Shown: one piece after another, positions 18,652 to 28,917 of the stretch
Numbering within the stretch: the stretch's first letter is position 1
Layout of the letters: every line of letters starts with the position of its first letter
From: Deltaproteobacteria bacterium
Lineage (GTDB): Bacteria; UBA10199; JACPAL01
Assembly: GCA_016180845.1 (NCBI GenBank)
Contig: JACPAK010000001.1
Location: forward strand, 290,565-354,564
Length of the DNA stretch: 64,000 nucleotides
Reading direction: 5' to 3'
Notes under the pieces: generated by a model
What the model was told of the DNA's origin: nothing
Databases searched by the model: none
Seen by the model: the letters and a program-made list of their open reading frames with translations, nothing else
Translations under genes and position numbers: made by a program

Positions 18652-18844
18652 GGGACCGTCTCATTTTTCGAATATCGGGGTTCCAATTCTCAAAGGAACC
18701 GAAGCTCTGGACAAGCCTTTTTCGTCTTCGGAGATCGAGATAGGCCATCAGCGCCTCGCGAATTGCCTGCGTAATTGTCTTTGCTCGAGACTCCCGCATC
18801 ACCTGGTGCAGGAGATCATCCGAAACATTAACTGATGTCCTCAT
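18638..18844 (-). CDS. vapB: antitoxin VapB (ribbon-helix-helix/CopG-like)
   Basis: Small 68-aa protein MRTSVNVSDDLLHQV... upstream of and overlapping PIN gene. Confidence 0.7.
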   Translation of the reverse strand: MRTSVNVSDDLLHQVMRESRAKTITQAIREALMAYLDLRRRKRLVQSFGSFENWNPDIRKMRRSRDLG

Positions 18845-18907
18845 ATGAATAATCTAATGTATTTTTCATACGATTTCAACCACTTTTTCATATAAAATTT
18901 TCCCCAG

Positions 18908-18937
18908 TGCCACTTGGTACCTGGTACCTTTTGGTCA
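18908..18937. repeat. REP-like palindromic repeat, copy B (CCACTTGGTACCTGGTACCTTTTGGTCA)
   Basis: Same family as copies A and C, same orientation; between thioesterase stop and vapB start. Confidence 0.65.
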
Positions 18938-19435
18938 AGAGCCGGCGAGGGGCGCCAACTCTTCTGGGGGTCTTGGAGAGGGGTGATTGTGTCCCAGCAT
19001 CGACAAAATGGTCACCGGAGAAATAGTTGTCTGATGACTACGGAAAATCCCCTTCACCAGACCCCTAGCAAATAGCTGTCCTTTTCGAACAAATCGTTGT
19101 TCGAGATAAAACCATTTTTCGTCCCATGCAATCAGTCGAGTCTGTAGCTGGTATCTTTGAAAAAATCTGAGTGGTTTTTTGTACTGTATCGAGACGTATC
19201 CAACCAGCGGCATCCACTTATTCTTAAGACTCAGGCGTCCTATGCCGGTTCGTAAAATGATATCGAATCTTCCGAGATCCATGATCGTTAGGTAACGTCC
19301 GTTATTCATATGGAAAAGCGGATCCAAATCATGAGGCCAAACGATAAAGTTCAGAGTTCCCATCTCGAGTGTGCCGAATCGTGGACGAAAAAAGGAGAGC
19401 AGGATGACTTTAATTAATCTAAAAAGGAGATTCAT
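18935..19435 (-). CDS. hotdog-fold thioesterase family protein
   Basis: WPHDLD...HMNNGRYLT pattern of 4HBT-like thioesterases. Confidence 0.5.
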   Translation of the reverse strand: MNLLFRLIKVILLSFFRPRFGTLEMGTLNFIVWPHDLDPLFHMNNGRYLTIMDLGRFDIILRTGIGRLSLKNKWMPLVGYVSIQYKKPLRFFQRYQLQTRLIAWDEKWFYLEQRFVRKGQLFARGLVKGIFRSHQTTISPVTILSMLGHNHPSPRPPEELAPLAGS

Positions 19436-19449
19436 TTTTTTCTGGCTAC

Positions 19450-19480
19450 TGACCAGTTGGTACCTGGCACCTTTTGGTCA
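19450..19480. repeat. REP-like palindromic repeat, copy C
   Basis: TGACCAGTTGGTACCTGGCACCTTTTGGTCA; overlaps ggt stop codon. Confidence 0.7.
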
Positions 19481-21232
19481 ATAACCCATGGCCGACCCTT
19501 CGTCGCGTGGATCGGCGATACCCACCCATTGCCCTTCCGATTTCGCAACCAACTGCACTCGACCGAGCTCCTTTTTAAATGTCAGCTTATGTCCCCGGCC
19601 CTGAAGTCCTCCCCTGAAGACCTCCGGGATTCCCCCCTCTTCATGAAAGATCTCATTCGGAAGCCACTGATGATGGACACGAGCCGCCGCGACCGCATTC
19701 AGAGGGGCCATGGAGTAGTCGACCGAGTTGACAATCGTCTGAAGGACTCCCGTAATGATCCGACTCCCTCCTGCAGCGCCGAGCGACATCACCAACTCAC
19801 CCTTTCGATTGAGAACAAGCGTCGGGGTCATGCTGGAGAGGGGGCGCTTGTGCGGCTGAACGGCATTTGCCTCGGCGCCAACCAACCCAAATTCATTCGG
19901 CACGCCCGGCTGGGCAGAAAAATCGTCCATCTCGTCGTTCAGGACGATACCGGTCCCCTCCGCCACAATCCCTGAACCAAAGGCGAGATTGATCGTCAGT
20001 GTCGTAGCGATCGCATTTCCCCACTGATCGACCACCGAAAAGTGGGTCGTTGATCCACGCCCCATCTGGGTTGCCCATTCCTTAGGCTTCAGCGCCTCAC
20101 TGTCACCAGCCCTTTCCCCGATCTTCTGGCGGAGCAGCGCCGCATATTCCTTTCCGGTCAGGTGACCCACCGGAACATCGAAAAAATCCGGATCACCGAG
20201 ATAAAGGGCGCGGTCCGCATAGGCGAGCCGCTCTACCTCGCTCATCAGATGAATCGTTTTGTCAGTCTGTGGCCCCGAGGAGGCGAGGTCATATCCCTCC
20301 AACATATTGAGCATCTGTACCAGGACTATCCCGCCCGAACTGGGCGGCGGCATGGAATAGACCTGGAGTCCCCTGTAGGTCCCGACAATCGGGTCCCGCT
20401 CCCTGACCTGATAGTTTGAAAGGTCTTCCGCCGTGAGGTTCCCTCCCACCCTTCTCAAGGAGCGAACGATCTTTTCGGCAACAACCCCCTGATAGAAACC
20501 GGCACGACCCTCCCTGACGATCCGTCTCAAGGTTTCTGCGAGATCTTTTTGAACGATCCTTTCCCCTGCCTGTGGGACAGTTCCGTCGGGCTTGAGAAAA
20601 ACGGACCGGCTTGAGGGGAACCGACCCAACTTCTCTCTCTCCTTTTCTATCGCCTTTGAGAGGGCCGGTGTAACTTCAAACCCCTCGTCCGCCAGCCGGA
20701 TCGCCGGTGCAAGGAGTTGTTCGAGCGTGAACCGTCCGCTTCCATGTTTCTCCTGAATCTGCAGGATCCCTGCGACAAACCCCGGCACGGCGACAGACAA
20801 GGCCCCCTCGGTAGAAAGCCTCGGATCGGCCTTCCCGTTCACAAGAAACATATCGCGGTGAGCCGCCCCGGGGGCCATTTCCCGAAAATCGAAGGTTCGG
20901 GCCTTCTTGTCCGGATCCATCCTGATGACGGCAAACCCTCCGCCCCCCAGCCCCGCATGATGCGGCACGACGACGGAGAGGGCAAAGGAGACCGCGGTCA
21001 GAGCATCGACGGCATTTCCCCCCTCTTTCAGTATGGCAAGACCGGCGCGCGTCGCCTCCGGATGCGCGGTCGCAACCATTCCATGAGATGCCCTCGACTG
21101 AAAGCTGTCAAAGGACCTCCCCGATTGAACCGGCTGGATCAGTGTGACAGCAGGGTCTTTCCGGATGATCTTCGAACAGGCGACGATAGGGACAACTGCA
21201 AGAACCCCAACTCCAAGAAGCGCGAGCCTCAA
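19478..21232 (-). CDS. ggt: gamma-glutamyltransferase
   Basis: GGT family blocks (TTHFSVVD, GSGIVAEGTGIVLNDEMDDFS); ORF-track start at 21385 overlaps fumC by 140 nt; in-frame TTG at 21232 preceded by AAGGAGG (5-nt spacer), immediately after fumC stop, then signal peptide LRLALLGVGVLAVVPIVAC. Confidence 0.85.
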   Translation of the reverse strand: MRLALLGVGVLAVVPIVACSKIIRKDPAVTLIQPVQSGRSFDSFQSRASHGMVATAHPEATRAGLAILKEGGNAVDALTAVSFALSVVVPHHAGLGGGGFAVIRMDPDKKARTFDFREMAPGAAHRDMFLVNGKADPRLSTEGALSVAVPGFVAGILQIQEKHGSGRFTLEQLLAPAIRLADEGFEVTPALSKAIEKEREKLGRFPSSRSVFLKPDGTVPQAGERIVQKDLAETLRRIVREGRAGFYQGVVAEKIVRSLRRVGGNLTAEDLSNYQVRERDPIVGTYRGLQVYSMPPPSSGGIVLVQMLNMLEGYDLASSGPQTDKTIHLMSEVERLAYADRALYLGDPDFFDVPVGHLTGKEYAALLRQKIGERAGDSEALKPKEWATQMGRGSTTHFSVVDQWGNAIATTLTINLAFGSGIVAEGTGIVLNDEMDDFSAQPGVPNEFGLVGAEANAVQPHKRPLSSMTPTLVLNRKGELVMSLGAAGGSRIITGVLQTIVNSVDYSMAPLNAVAAARVHHQWLPNEIFHEEGGIPEVFRGGLQGRGHKLTFKKELGRVQLVAKSEGQWVGIADPRDEGSAMGY

Positions 21233-21245
21233 ACTTTCCTCCTTA

Positions 21246-22634
21246 TTACTTCGGTGAAAGCATCGACTTCGGATCGAGAAGCCTGTCGATCTGCTCTTCG
21301 GCCACGAGTTTTTCCTTAAGCAAGATCTCTCGGACCGAACGATTTTCTTTGAAGGCCTTTTTGGCGACCGCCGCTGCCTTATCATAACCGATGACCGGAT
21401 TCAGGTTCGTGACAAGCATCAGGCTTTTTTCGAGGAGCTCCTGACACCGTTCCTTATTGACCTGAATTCCCTGCACACATTTCTCCGCAAGCATGATCGA
21501 GGCGGTGGTCAAGAGTTTAATCGACTCGAAGAGATTTCCGGCGATCACCGGCATCATGACATTGAGTTCAAAATTTCCATGCTGTCCACCGATCTGCACC
21601 GCGAGGTCATTTCCCTGAACCTGCGCCGCCACCTGCATCACTGATTCCGGAATGACCGGATTTATTTTCCCCGGCATAATCGACGAACCGGGTTGGAGTT
21701 CCGGCAGTAGAATTTCCCCTATTCCACACCGCGGCCCCGAAGAGAGCCAACGGATATCGTTCGCGATCTTCATGAAGGAAACGGCGATCGTCTTCATCGC
21801 CCCACTCACAAAAACAGAGGCGTCCTTTGCCGCCTGGGCCTCGAAGTGATTCTTGGCTTCGTAAAACTTGAGCCCCGTTTTTTTGGAGAGAAGGACGCAA
21901 ACCTTTTCGGCGAACTTCGGATCGGTATTGATCCCGGTCCCCACCGCGGTTCCACCAATGGCTAACTCCAGCAGCTCTTCAAGCGCCTTTTCAGCCCTCT
22001 TGATTCCATGTTCTACCTGTGAGGCGTAGCCCGAAAACTCCTGCCCTAGCGTCACGGGCGTTGCGTCCTGAAGGTGCGTCCGCCCGACCTTGATAATCTC
22101 TTTAAACTCAGTCGCTTTTTTGGTGAGCGCCCCTTCCAATTTCTTGAGGACTGGAATGAGACCTTGTGAGATACCCAGTGCCGCACCGACATGGATCGCC
22201 GTTGGAATCACATCGTTTGAGGATTGCCCCTTGTTCACATGATCATTCGGGTGCACGGGGGACTTCGACCCTAACTTGCTGCCCAGACTTTGGTTGGAGA
22301 CGTTGGCAATCACCTCATTCGCATTCATGTTCGTCGAGGTACCCGAACCGGTCTGATAGATATCGAGGATAAAATGCGGGTCATGTCTTCCCTCAGCAAC
22401 TTCTAAAGACTTTTCGGCAATAATCTTGGCGATCTTAGGATCAAGTTTTTTGAGCTCTTCATTGGCGAGGGCCGAGGCCCATTTGATGAGGCCTAGTGCC
22501 TCGATGAATCGGCGATCGAACCGCCGGTGAGAGACATTGAAGTTTTCAACCGCCCGTTGGGTCGATGCCCCATAAAGAAATTCCTCGGGGATCTTCACCT
22601 CTCCCATCGAGTCGGATTCGGTGCGGTATTTCAT
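21246..22634 (-). CDS. fumC: fumarate hydratase class II
   Basis: GSSIMPGKINPV signature, THLQDATPVTLGQEFSGY matches FumC rather than aspartase. Confidence 0.85.
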   Translation of the reverse strand: MKYRTESDSMGEVKIPEEFLYGASTQRAVENFNVSHRRFDRRFIEALGLIKWASALANEELKKLDPKIAKIIAEKSLEVAEGRHDPHFILDIYQTGSGTSTNMNANEVIANVSNQSLGSKLGSKSPVHPNDHVNKGQSSNDVIPTAIHVGAALGISQGLIPVLKKLEGALTKKATEFKEIIKVGRTHLQDATPVTLGQEFSGYASQVEHGIKRAEKALEELLELAIGGTAVGTGINTDPKFAEKVCVLLSKKTGLKFYEAKNHFEAQAAKDASVFVSGAMKTIAVSFMKIANDIRWLSSGPRCGIGEILLPELQPGSSIMPGKINPVIPESVMQVAAQVQGNDLAVQIGGQHGNFELNVMMPVIAGNLFESIKLLTTASIMLAEKCVQGIQVNKERCQELLEKSLMLVTNLNPVIGYDKAAAVAKKAFKENRSVREILLKEKLVAEEQIDRLLDPKSMLSPK

Positions 22635-22678
22635 TAAGGTGCGGTTTACCGTGTGAGTGAAGGGATGGCAAACAGAAA

Positions 22679-23650
22679 TTACCGGCCCTCCCTTGCAACA
22701 ATTCGAATCGGATTCGAGACAACCGCCTCACTCATATCCGGAAAATCTTTTCGAAACTTCTCCGGAAATTTAATTCGAATCGTCACAGCTCCTTTCGGTG
22801 AAAAATCAGCGGGGATCGTCCAACGTAGCGTGGTCAGTCTGTCGGTACGACGCGCGATCTGGAGCGGCTCCTTGGTTCCATCAAGAGAGAATTTCCTCGG
22901 TTTCCCAGAATCATCCAAAACTTCGATCTCAGGATCAGCAACAATAGGGTAGTCAGTGACTCGGACCAATTTTAGAGAAACCGTCTCGCCGGGGAAATAG
23001 ATGTCGCGGTCGGTCCAGGCAACAATCATGTGGTTTTTTCGGAGATCGACCTTTTCTGTGCCGGTCGTTGTCTCATCCCAGTAACGTTTGGGACCGGTAT
23101 CGACATGGACCGTTCCGCCAACTCCGGGGTATTTTTTGGGGTCCCGATAGATCCCAATGCCACAACACTCCAGCGATCGCACATACTCCCAAACCTTCTG
23201 GGAGGGAATTTTTGGGAAAATCAGATCGGCCGCCTCTCCGTCCAGATGAAGACTCATGCGGGCCGCCTTCGCCCCGTTTTCCTTCAATTTTTCGTTATAT
23301 TGAGGATCACGATAGCCGGAGAGGATCTCGACCCGATCGACGCGGAAATGATCCTCCAGAAAATCGACGAGGGAGAGGAAACGAAGCGATATCCCCTCTG
23401 AGCTCCCTTTTGGGACATCAAAGATCCGGTTGATTTCCCGAATCCCCTCTTCGGAATAGGTCCCATCCGGATTTCGGTAGCGAATCTTTCCGGACCGCTC
23501 GTTTTTCCGACTGTAGAGGGTCAGTTCACCATTCCCCTCACGAAAGAAACGCCCCGGTGCTGGAGATTCTGCTGCCGGAAGGAAGGGCAGACAATAAAAG
23601 AACCCTGCAATGATTGTCATTTTCAGTAATAAGAATCTTCTTATCTTCAT
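22679..23650 (-). CDS. DUF882 / peptidase M15A-like (YcbK family) secreted protein
   Basis: [10 protein letters not shown] zinc-binding block; start trimmed to [10 protein letters not shown]...signal peptide. Confidence 0.6.
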   Translation of the reverse strand: MKIRRFLLLKMTIIAGFFYCLPFLPAAESPAPGRFFREGNGELTLYSRKNERSGKIRYRNPDGTYSEEGIREINRIFDVPKGSSEGISLRFLSLVDFLEDHFRVDRVEILSGYRDPQYNEKLKENGAKAARMSLHLDGEAADLIFPKIPSQKVWEYVRSLECCGIGIYRDPKKYPGVGGTVHVDTGPKRYWDETTTGTEKVDLRKNHMIVAWTDRDIYFPGETVSLKLVRVTDYPIVADPEIEVLDDSGKPRKFSLDGTKEPLQIARRTDRLTTLRWTIPADFSPKGAVTIRIKFPEKFRKDFPDMSEAVVSNPIRIVAREGR

Positions 23651-23704
23651 CAATTTGTCAATTACCCGTTGATTTCTCCTTTTTCCAAGACCAGATTGAT
23701 TCGG

Positions 23705-24364
23705 ATGACAACAGCCACGCTCGAAAAAATCCTTCATATCTTAAGAAAGGAAATAAAGAAATGGAAGGTTCCTGTTGTCGGGGTGATTGCCGATGAGGCG
23801 ATCGATCGCCCGTTTGAGACACTCGTCAGCTGCCTCCTATCACTCCGAACCAAGGATGCGGTAACTGACGAGGCGAGCCGACGACTCCTTGGTCGTGCCT
23901 CAACCCCTGAGACGATCCTAGGCTTAAGTTCCCAGGAGATCGAAAAACTGATCTATCCGGTCGGTTTTTATCGGACGAAGGCGAAAAATCTCCACAAGAT
24001 CTGTCAGATCCTGATGGATCAGTATGACGGCCGCGTACCGGACAGTCTGGAGCATCTCCTCGCCTTACCCGGCGTCGGACGAAAAACCGCCAATCTCGTG
24101 ATGACGGTAGGACATGACAAGTACGGGATCTGTGTCGATACCCATGTCCATCGGATCTCGAATATCTGGGGGTATGTGAAGACGAAAACGCCGGAGGAGA
24201 CGGAATTTGCACTCCGGAAAAAACTGCCGAAGAAATACTGGAAAACTTATAACGACATCCTCGTCACGTTTGGCCAAAATCTCTGCGTCCCTGTCTCGCC
24301 GTGGTGCAGTCGGTGTCCGGTGGAATCGTACTGTAAAAAGATTGGGGTCAAACGCTGGCGTTAG
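23705..24364 (+). CDS. nth: endonuclease III (HhH-GPD DNA glycosylase with FeS loop)
   Basis: HhH-GPD motif ([12 protein letters not shown]...VDTHVHRI), C-terminal Cys-x6-Cys-x2-Cys-x5-Cys. Confidence 0.8.
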   Translation: MTTATLEKILHILRKEIKKWKVPVVGVIADEAIDRPFETLVSCLLSLRTKDAVTDEASRRLLGRASTPETILGLSSQEIEKLIYPVGFYRTKAKNLHKICQILMDQYDGRVPDSLEHLLALPGVGRKTANLVMTVGHDKYGICVDTHVHRISNIWGYVKTKTPEETEFALRKKLPKKYWKTYNDILVTFGQNLCVPVSPWCSRCPVESYCKKIGVKRWR

Positions 24365-24755
24365 TTCGTCCAACGAGTTGGTAAGCTCCTTTAACGACGC
24401 TCCCTTCGAGGAAAATCTGATCGAACGCGATCCCACAGAGGAGGAGGATGCCGATCCGTTCGAGGGTCGTAATAGACATGCCAGGGAGCCAGCCCGGGTG
24501 ATGGCGACGAAATCTAAAAAAACCTCTGTCGAGAAGAGGCTCTACCGCTTCAGCGTATTCCCCTCCATAAGTAATAATATGAACATGGTTTCCCACGTCA
24601 GGTGCGGCAAGCAGGCAGGCCTCTTCCATCCCCCTGATCGCTGCCTCTAGTGGGGGTGCTAGGCTGACGTCTGTCCATTGCGGACTTCCACCGATGACAG
24701 TCGCCACGTAAGATCTTAATTGTGCCGCAAAGACAGAAGGTATTCCGTCACCCAT
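24348..24755 (-). CDS. hypothetical protein
   Basis: 135-aa ORF with no recognised motif; overlaps nth 3' end by 17 nt. Confidence 0.25.
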   Translation of the reverse strand: MGDGIPSVFAAQLRSYVATVIGGSPQWTDVSLAPPLEAAIRGMEEACLLAAPDVGNHVHIITYGGEYAEAVEPLLDRGFFRFRRHHPGWLPGMSITTLERIGILLLCGIAFDQIFLEGSVVKGAYQLVGRTNASV

Positions 24756-24878
24756 ATCAAGTTTTCCTTTCTCTAATGGTTATCGACGAAAAGTGGTTTA
24801 AGTTGCTGTTTTATTTTAAGAAAGGCTTGGCGTAAATTTCCAGCAACCTTTAATCATAATTGTCGTAAATAGTGGCGT

Positions 24879-26114
24879 ATGTCACGAGCCCTCCGAACCC
24901 TCATCGGCGGCATCACCCTCACCACGATTTTTGCTGCCTGTTCATCGGATCATGACTCTCCTGCATTGGCTGATGCAAAACCGACCGCTCCACCGGATGC
25001 GGGATCAGACGCCCACTCGACGGACCTTTATATCCCTCCTATGGGACCAGCACCGATAGCGGCAGTCCTTGGGAGGATCGACGATTTACGCTCTTCAGGC
25101 GACGGTCGGCTCTTTTTTCTGGATCTTCAAAAACGCACCTTCCTGAAAAACCCGGTCTTCGAGGACTGGTTTTGCTCCCCTCTCCTGAGAAATGTCGGTA
25201 CAAACTATTATGTAGCGAATGGTAACTATTGTGATTCGCTTCAGGTATTCAATCAGGAAAGCGGCGAAGAGAGAGAAATCGATCTGGATGAGGGACGTGT
25301 TGGTCGATCACGGATCGGTCCTATTGATTTACTCATTTCACCCTCCGGTGAAGGGATTTATCTTCTGACTCGATCGGCATTGTTCCTTTACGATCCGACG
25401 GCAAATTTATTGACTCAAAAACTAGATTTCACCACCCAGTATTCTCCTGAAGAAAACATGGGGACGATGGCAAGTAGGATCATAAGTCTTGGTGGACTTC
25501 TCTATATCGGAGTCAGTGACTTTGGTATTGGTGATTTCTCTTTTGGAGTTCCGCAACGAAGCCGCGTCCTCGTCGTCAATCCGCGATCAAATCCAGAGGC
25601 AGCCGAGATTCTTGCCAGCGTGGAACTTCCTTTTATCGCTCCCGTCTCAATGAAGGCCCATGAAGAGACAGGACGTATTTTTATCTCTTGCGCCGGACTA
25701 ACCGAATTGGATCGGCGGCTCATTCGGACGGGGGGACTGACTTACCTCGAGACAGAAACGCTTCGTGTTGATCCTGGCATTGATGATCTGGAACTCGAGG
25801 GGATACCAGGAGATCTGGAACTTGCCGATGAATTTGGTTTTCTCCTCATCCGTCGGCCCAGAAATATTGACATCGACCATCCCTACTCGGAGGTTCAACG
25901 TTTTCAGCCTTATCCTTTTCGTATGGAGCGAGTGGGACCCGTTTACCGAGACCTCGGCCCGAAACGAATCGCCGACATGAAGTGGCGTCCCGAAATCGAA
26001 CAGCTTCTTGTTGGAAGAAGATCTCCACCGGCCGCGATTGTCTTTGTTACCGCTGAAGGGGATATTAATGACGAAGTCCCGATACCCGATTACCCAGTAG
26101 TGGCCATTGAATGA
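24879..26114 (+). CDS. lipoprotein, beta-propeller-like, paralog family member 3
   Basis: Lipobox TIFAACSS; LYIGVSDFG and RIFISCAG blocks shared with 8099..9244 and 11143..12399. Confidence 0.5.
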   Translation: MSRALRTLIGGITLTTIFAACSSDHDSPALADAKPTAPPDAGSDAHSTDLYIPPMGPAPIAAVLGRIDDLRSSGDGRLFFLDLQKRTFLKNPVFEDWFCSPLLRNVGTNYYVANGNYCDSLQVFNQESGEEREIDLDEGRVGRSRIGPIDLLISPSGEGIYLLTRSALFLYDPTANLLTQKLDFTTQYSPEENMGTMASRIISLGGLLYIGVSDFGIGDFSFGVPQRSRVLVVNPRSNPEAAEILASVELPFIAPVSMKAHEETGRIFISCAGLTELDRRLIRTGGLTYLETETLRVDPGIDDLELEGIPGDLELADEFGFLLIRRPRNIDIDHPYSEVQRFQPYPFRMERVGPVYRDLGPKRIADMKWRPEIEQLLVGRRSPPAAIVFVTAEGDINDEVPIPDYPVVAIE

Positions 26115-26116
26115 CG

Positions 26117-26147
26117 ATACCAAAAGATACCGGTTACTTTCTGGTCA
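26117..26147. repeat. REP-like palindromic repeat, copy D (reverse orientation)
   Basis: ATACCAAAAGATACCGGTTACTTTCTGGTCA followed by partial TTTTGGTCC. Confidence 0.6.
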
Positions 26148-26167
26148 TTTTGGTCCGAATAATATTC

Positions 26168-26692
26168 TCAAGCCCCTGGTCTGAAACCTCTACCAACGAC
26201 CCTTAGAGTGGAAATTTGGGTTGTCTTAAGTGGTCGACCAAAAACCCAGGCGAGGAGGCCACCCAACAACAGTTGGCAGTAGGGGACAGCATCGAATTCA
26301 CTACGTGGATTAAAAAGTTCTGCGAGTACCGTCACCGCACTACCCCCAACCGTCGACCAAACCAAAATCGGAGACCAAGTCTTCGCAAAGTTTCGATTCC
26401 GAATATTCATCCTTAAGCCAAGAGCGATTGCCCCGATTCCCAACAGGGAGGTGAAGAACTCTTCCAAATCGGGGTGGGATGAAAAACGTGGCCCCTCAAA
26501 CCGATGGGTAAAGACCCGATCAAAGGCACGCACTCCATTATAGAGAAGGACAGCAGAACCAGCGACACCCGCCAGCCGATAACCTGTCAGGGAAAAGGCA
26601 TCCTTCCGACAAAACACCCCCCCCAAGCAGGCACTCGCCAGCCCTATGATATTGACAATGCCATCGGTCTTATTGAGTTCGACCTCCCTCAT
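26168..26692 (-). CDS. integral membrane protein, unknown function
   Basis: Several hydrophobic helices; no motif. Confidence 0.3.
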   Translation of the reverse strand: MREVELNKTDGIVNIIGLASACLGGVFCRKDAFSLTGYRLAGVAGSAVLLYNGVRAFDRVFTHRFEGPRFSSHPDLEEFFTSLLGIGAIALGLRMNIRNRNFAKTWSPILVWSTVGGSAVTVLAELFNPRSEFDAVPYCQLLLGGLLAWVFGRPLKTTQISTLRVVGRGFRPGA

Positions 26693-26884
26693 TTGGAACT
26701 ACGTCTCGTCGAAGACGAGAAGATTGTTGTGGGAAATATTCCCCCTACAAATTGGGTCTCTTGACCTCATGGGAGAAGTACAGACATATCGATTGCATAC
26801 ACAACCTATTGAAATCAAACATAATATTTAATTCATGGGGAGACCCAATCCGGCACGGAAAATGCTTCTTAAGCCTATGAAGCT

Positions 26885-27541
26885 ATGATTTCGTCTATTC
26901 AAAATAGGCCCCCCGCGAACGGTCCTGAGAAGACCGAGGCCAAATCGACCCAGGAAACCAAGTCGACCGCCACCCCTTTCTCTGAGACCTTGAGCCAGGT
27001 GAAAAATAAAAAGGCAAAGGCAGAAATTTATCACTCCGTCATGGAGTCTTCCGCAAAATACAACCTCCCCCCCGAACTGGTCTTCTCGGTCATCCAGCAG
27101 GAAAGCTGCTTCAAACCGAACGCCACCTCCCACTGTGGTGCCTCAGGCTTGATGCAACTCATGCCGGAGACTGCCGCGTCGCTTGGTGTCGAAAACCGCT
27201 ATGACATCCAACAAAATATCGATGGGGGATGTCGCTATCTTCGAGAGATGCTCGATAGATTCGGGGGAAGGACCGATCTCGCCTTGGCCGCTTATAATGC
27301 CGGCCCAGGGAATGTCGAAAAATATAATGGGATTCCGCCATTCGAAGAAACTCAAAATTACGTGAAGAATATCCTTTCGAATGTTGACGATTTCTCAGGC
27401 GCTGCTGATATGAAGCTTGCCTACGAGTCCCTCTTTAAAAATATTGACCCACTGCTCTTCCCCGATCTTTTGGCAAAACGCTACCAGATCTCCGGTGAGC
27501 CGGTGGCCCCAGAATTTTCGCAGATTCGTAAGAGAGTTTAA
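26885..27541 (+). CDS. lytic transglycosylase (SLT domain)
   Basis: ES...GASGLMQLMPETA and AYNAGPG blocks of family-1 lytic transglycosylases. Confidence 0.75.
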   Translation: MISSIQNRPPANGPEKTEAKSTQETKSTATPFSETLSQVKNKKAKAEIYHSVMESSAKYNLPPELVFSVIQQESCFKPNATSHCGASGLMQLMPETAASLGVENRYDIQQNIDGGCRYLREMLDRFGGRTDLALAAYNAGPGNVEKYNGIPPFEETQNYVKNILSNVDDFSGAADMKLAYESLFKNIDPLLFPDLLAKRYQISGEPVAPEFSQIRKRV

Positions 27542-28027
27542 TTACCAAAGATAATACCGAAGCCCTAACGTGCCGGTGACATCGTAGACCGTGTGGGGCG
27601 TAAACTCGAATCCATGTCCCATCTCGGCGGTAATCTCGAAGGTCCCATCACCAATCACAACCGCAGCACCGATCGGGATCCGAAAGGCGCCAAACCATTC
27701 ACCATCATGGAGGCGTGCCACACCGGGACCGGTCCTCATCCCACCACCGAAATAAGGAATCAGCGTAAAACCTGAACCATCCATCTCAAAGATTCTTCGA
27801 AGATAAACGAGGGCACTTGGTGTGAACTCTATAATCCCATCGATCGGCGCGTAACCAACCGTCAGATCAAAAGCGATCTGATCGGTGAAGAAGTAGCGAC
27901 CATTGAGCCCGATCGGTTCTCCGATCTCCAGTCCAACCCCGAGTGTCTTATAATCCAGACTTCCCGCCCGAAGCGAGACCGGAAGAAACAGACTTGTGGC
28001 AATCAAGACGAAAAAAAACTTTTTCAT
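27542..28027 (-). CDS. small outer-membrane beta-barrel protein
   Basis: Signal peptide, alternating amphipathic strands, C-terminal LRYYLW aromatic terminus. Confidence 0.55.
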   Translation of the reverse strand: MKKFFFVLIATSLFLPVSLRAGSLDYKTLGVGLEIGEPIGLNGRYFFTDQIAFDLTVGYAPIDGIIEFTPSALVYLRRIFEMDGSGFTLIPYFGGGMRTGPGVARLHDGEWFGAFRIPIGAAVVIGDGTFEITAEMGHGFEFTPHTVYDVTGTLGLRYYLW

Positions 28028-28087
28028 AACAATGCCTCCTTTTCGCGGGGTTCAATAATCTAAATTTTTCCAATTGAAAAGATTATT

Positions 28088-28118
28088 GTACCAAAAGGTA
28101 CCGGTTACTTTCTGGTCC
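28088..28118. repeat. REP-like palindromic repeat, copy E
   Basis: GTACCAAAAGGTACCGGTTACTTTCTGGTCCA, near-identical to copy D. Confidence 0.65.
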
Positions 28119-28181
28119 AATCTGTAAAATAAGCCACAACTTCATTGGAAAATAACCGACGAGTAGGAAAATAGAGTTTTT

Positions 28182-28907
28182 ATGAGTAGAACCTCCGAAT
28201 CAACCGTTGCCAGGCCGGCATTAACAGCGGCATCCGTTTGGACTGCCGGGGTCTTGACCAATATCCAGACTTTTCGACATCTAGCCTCTTATGCCCCAGC
28301 TTTTCCGGAAATGCGGCCATTCGATACGGCTCTCTGCTCTGAAAACGGAACGAGATGGTGGAATCGATTGGGTGACTTCATCGGTTTGATTCGTAATCGT
28401 ACTCTTCCTGGACACCTCTATACTCGATCAGAAATGCCACGCCCCCTGAGTTGGCCCAGAACCATTTTGGCCGCCGCAGATCCAGCTCATAGCGCCAGTG
28501 TCTGTAGTCGTTTTATTGACCTATCTCATGAAATCGGACCTGCTCGAGGACGTATTGTCATGGCAAGCTCCGCTGATGAGTTTGCTGTATTATTGGAAAG
28601 GCTGCCTTTTGAAAATGCCTCACATGTTCTTCGATTTGGTGGGTATACGATCGGAATAGGGATATTGGTTTCAGCTTATTTCTATTTAAACAATCATTCT
28701 AATGGGAACGCAAAACCAATTGATCTGCAAATTGTTTGCTTTTCGATGCTCTCGAGTTCACTCACAATAGCATTGGCCTATGTAGCTAAAATAACCTCTC
28801 CGACACGACTTCTTCCTGCAGGGGCAAGTATTTTGTCTGCAATGATTGTAGCAAGCGGGATTGATTATTTACTCCGTTCATCAACACTATCTTCTCAAAA
28901 ATCCTGA
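28182..28907 (+). CDS. hypothetical membrane protein
   Basis: 241-aa ORF with C-terminal TM helices. Confidence 0.3.
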   Translation: MSRTSESTVARPALTAASVWTAGVLTNIQTFRHLASYAPAFPEMRPFDTALCSENGTRWWNRLGDFIGLIRNRTLPGHLYTRSEMPRPLSWPRTILAAADPAHSASVCSRFIDLSHEIGPARGRIVMASSADEFAVLLERLPFENASHVLRFGGYTIGIGILVSAYFYLNNHSNGNAKPIDLQIVCFSMLSSSLTIALAYVAKITSPTRLLPAGASILSAMIVASGIDYLLRSSTLSSQKS

Positions 28908-28917
28908 ACCCGATTCA

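Noticed and set aside
21233-21385. ORF-track N-terminal extension of ggt (start 21385)
   Set aside because: It overlaps the fumC 3' end by 140 nt in another frame. An in-frame TTG at 21232 has an AAGGAGG SD and is followed by a signal peptide, so the extension is not translated.
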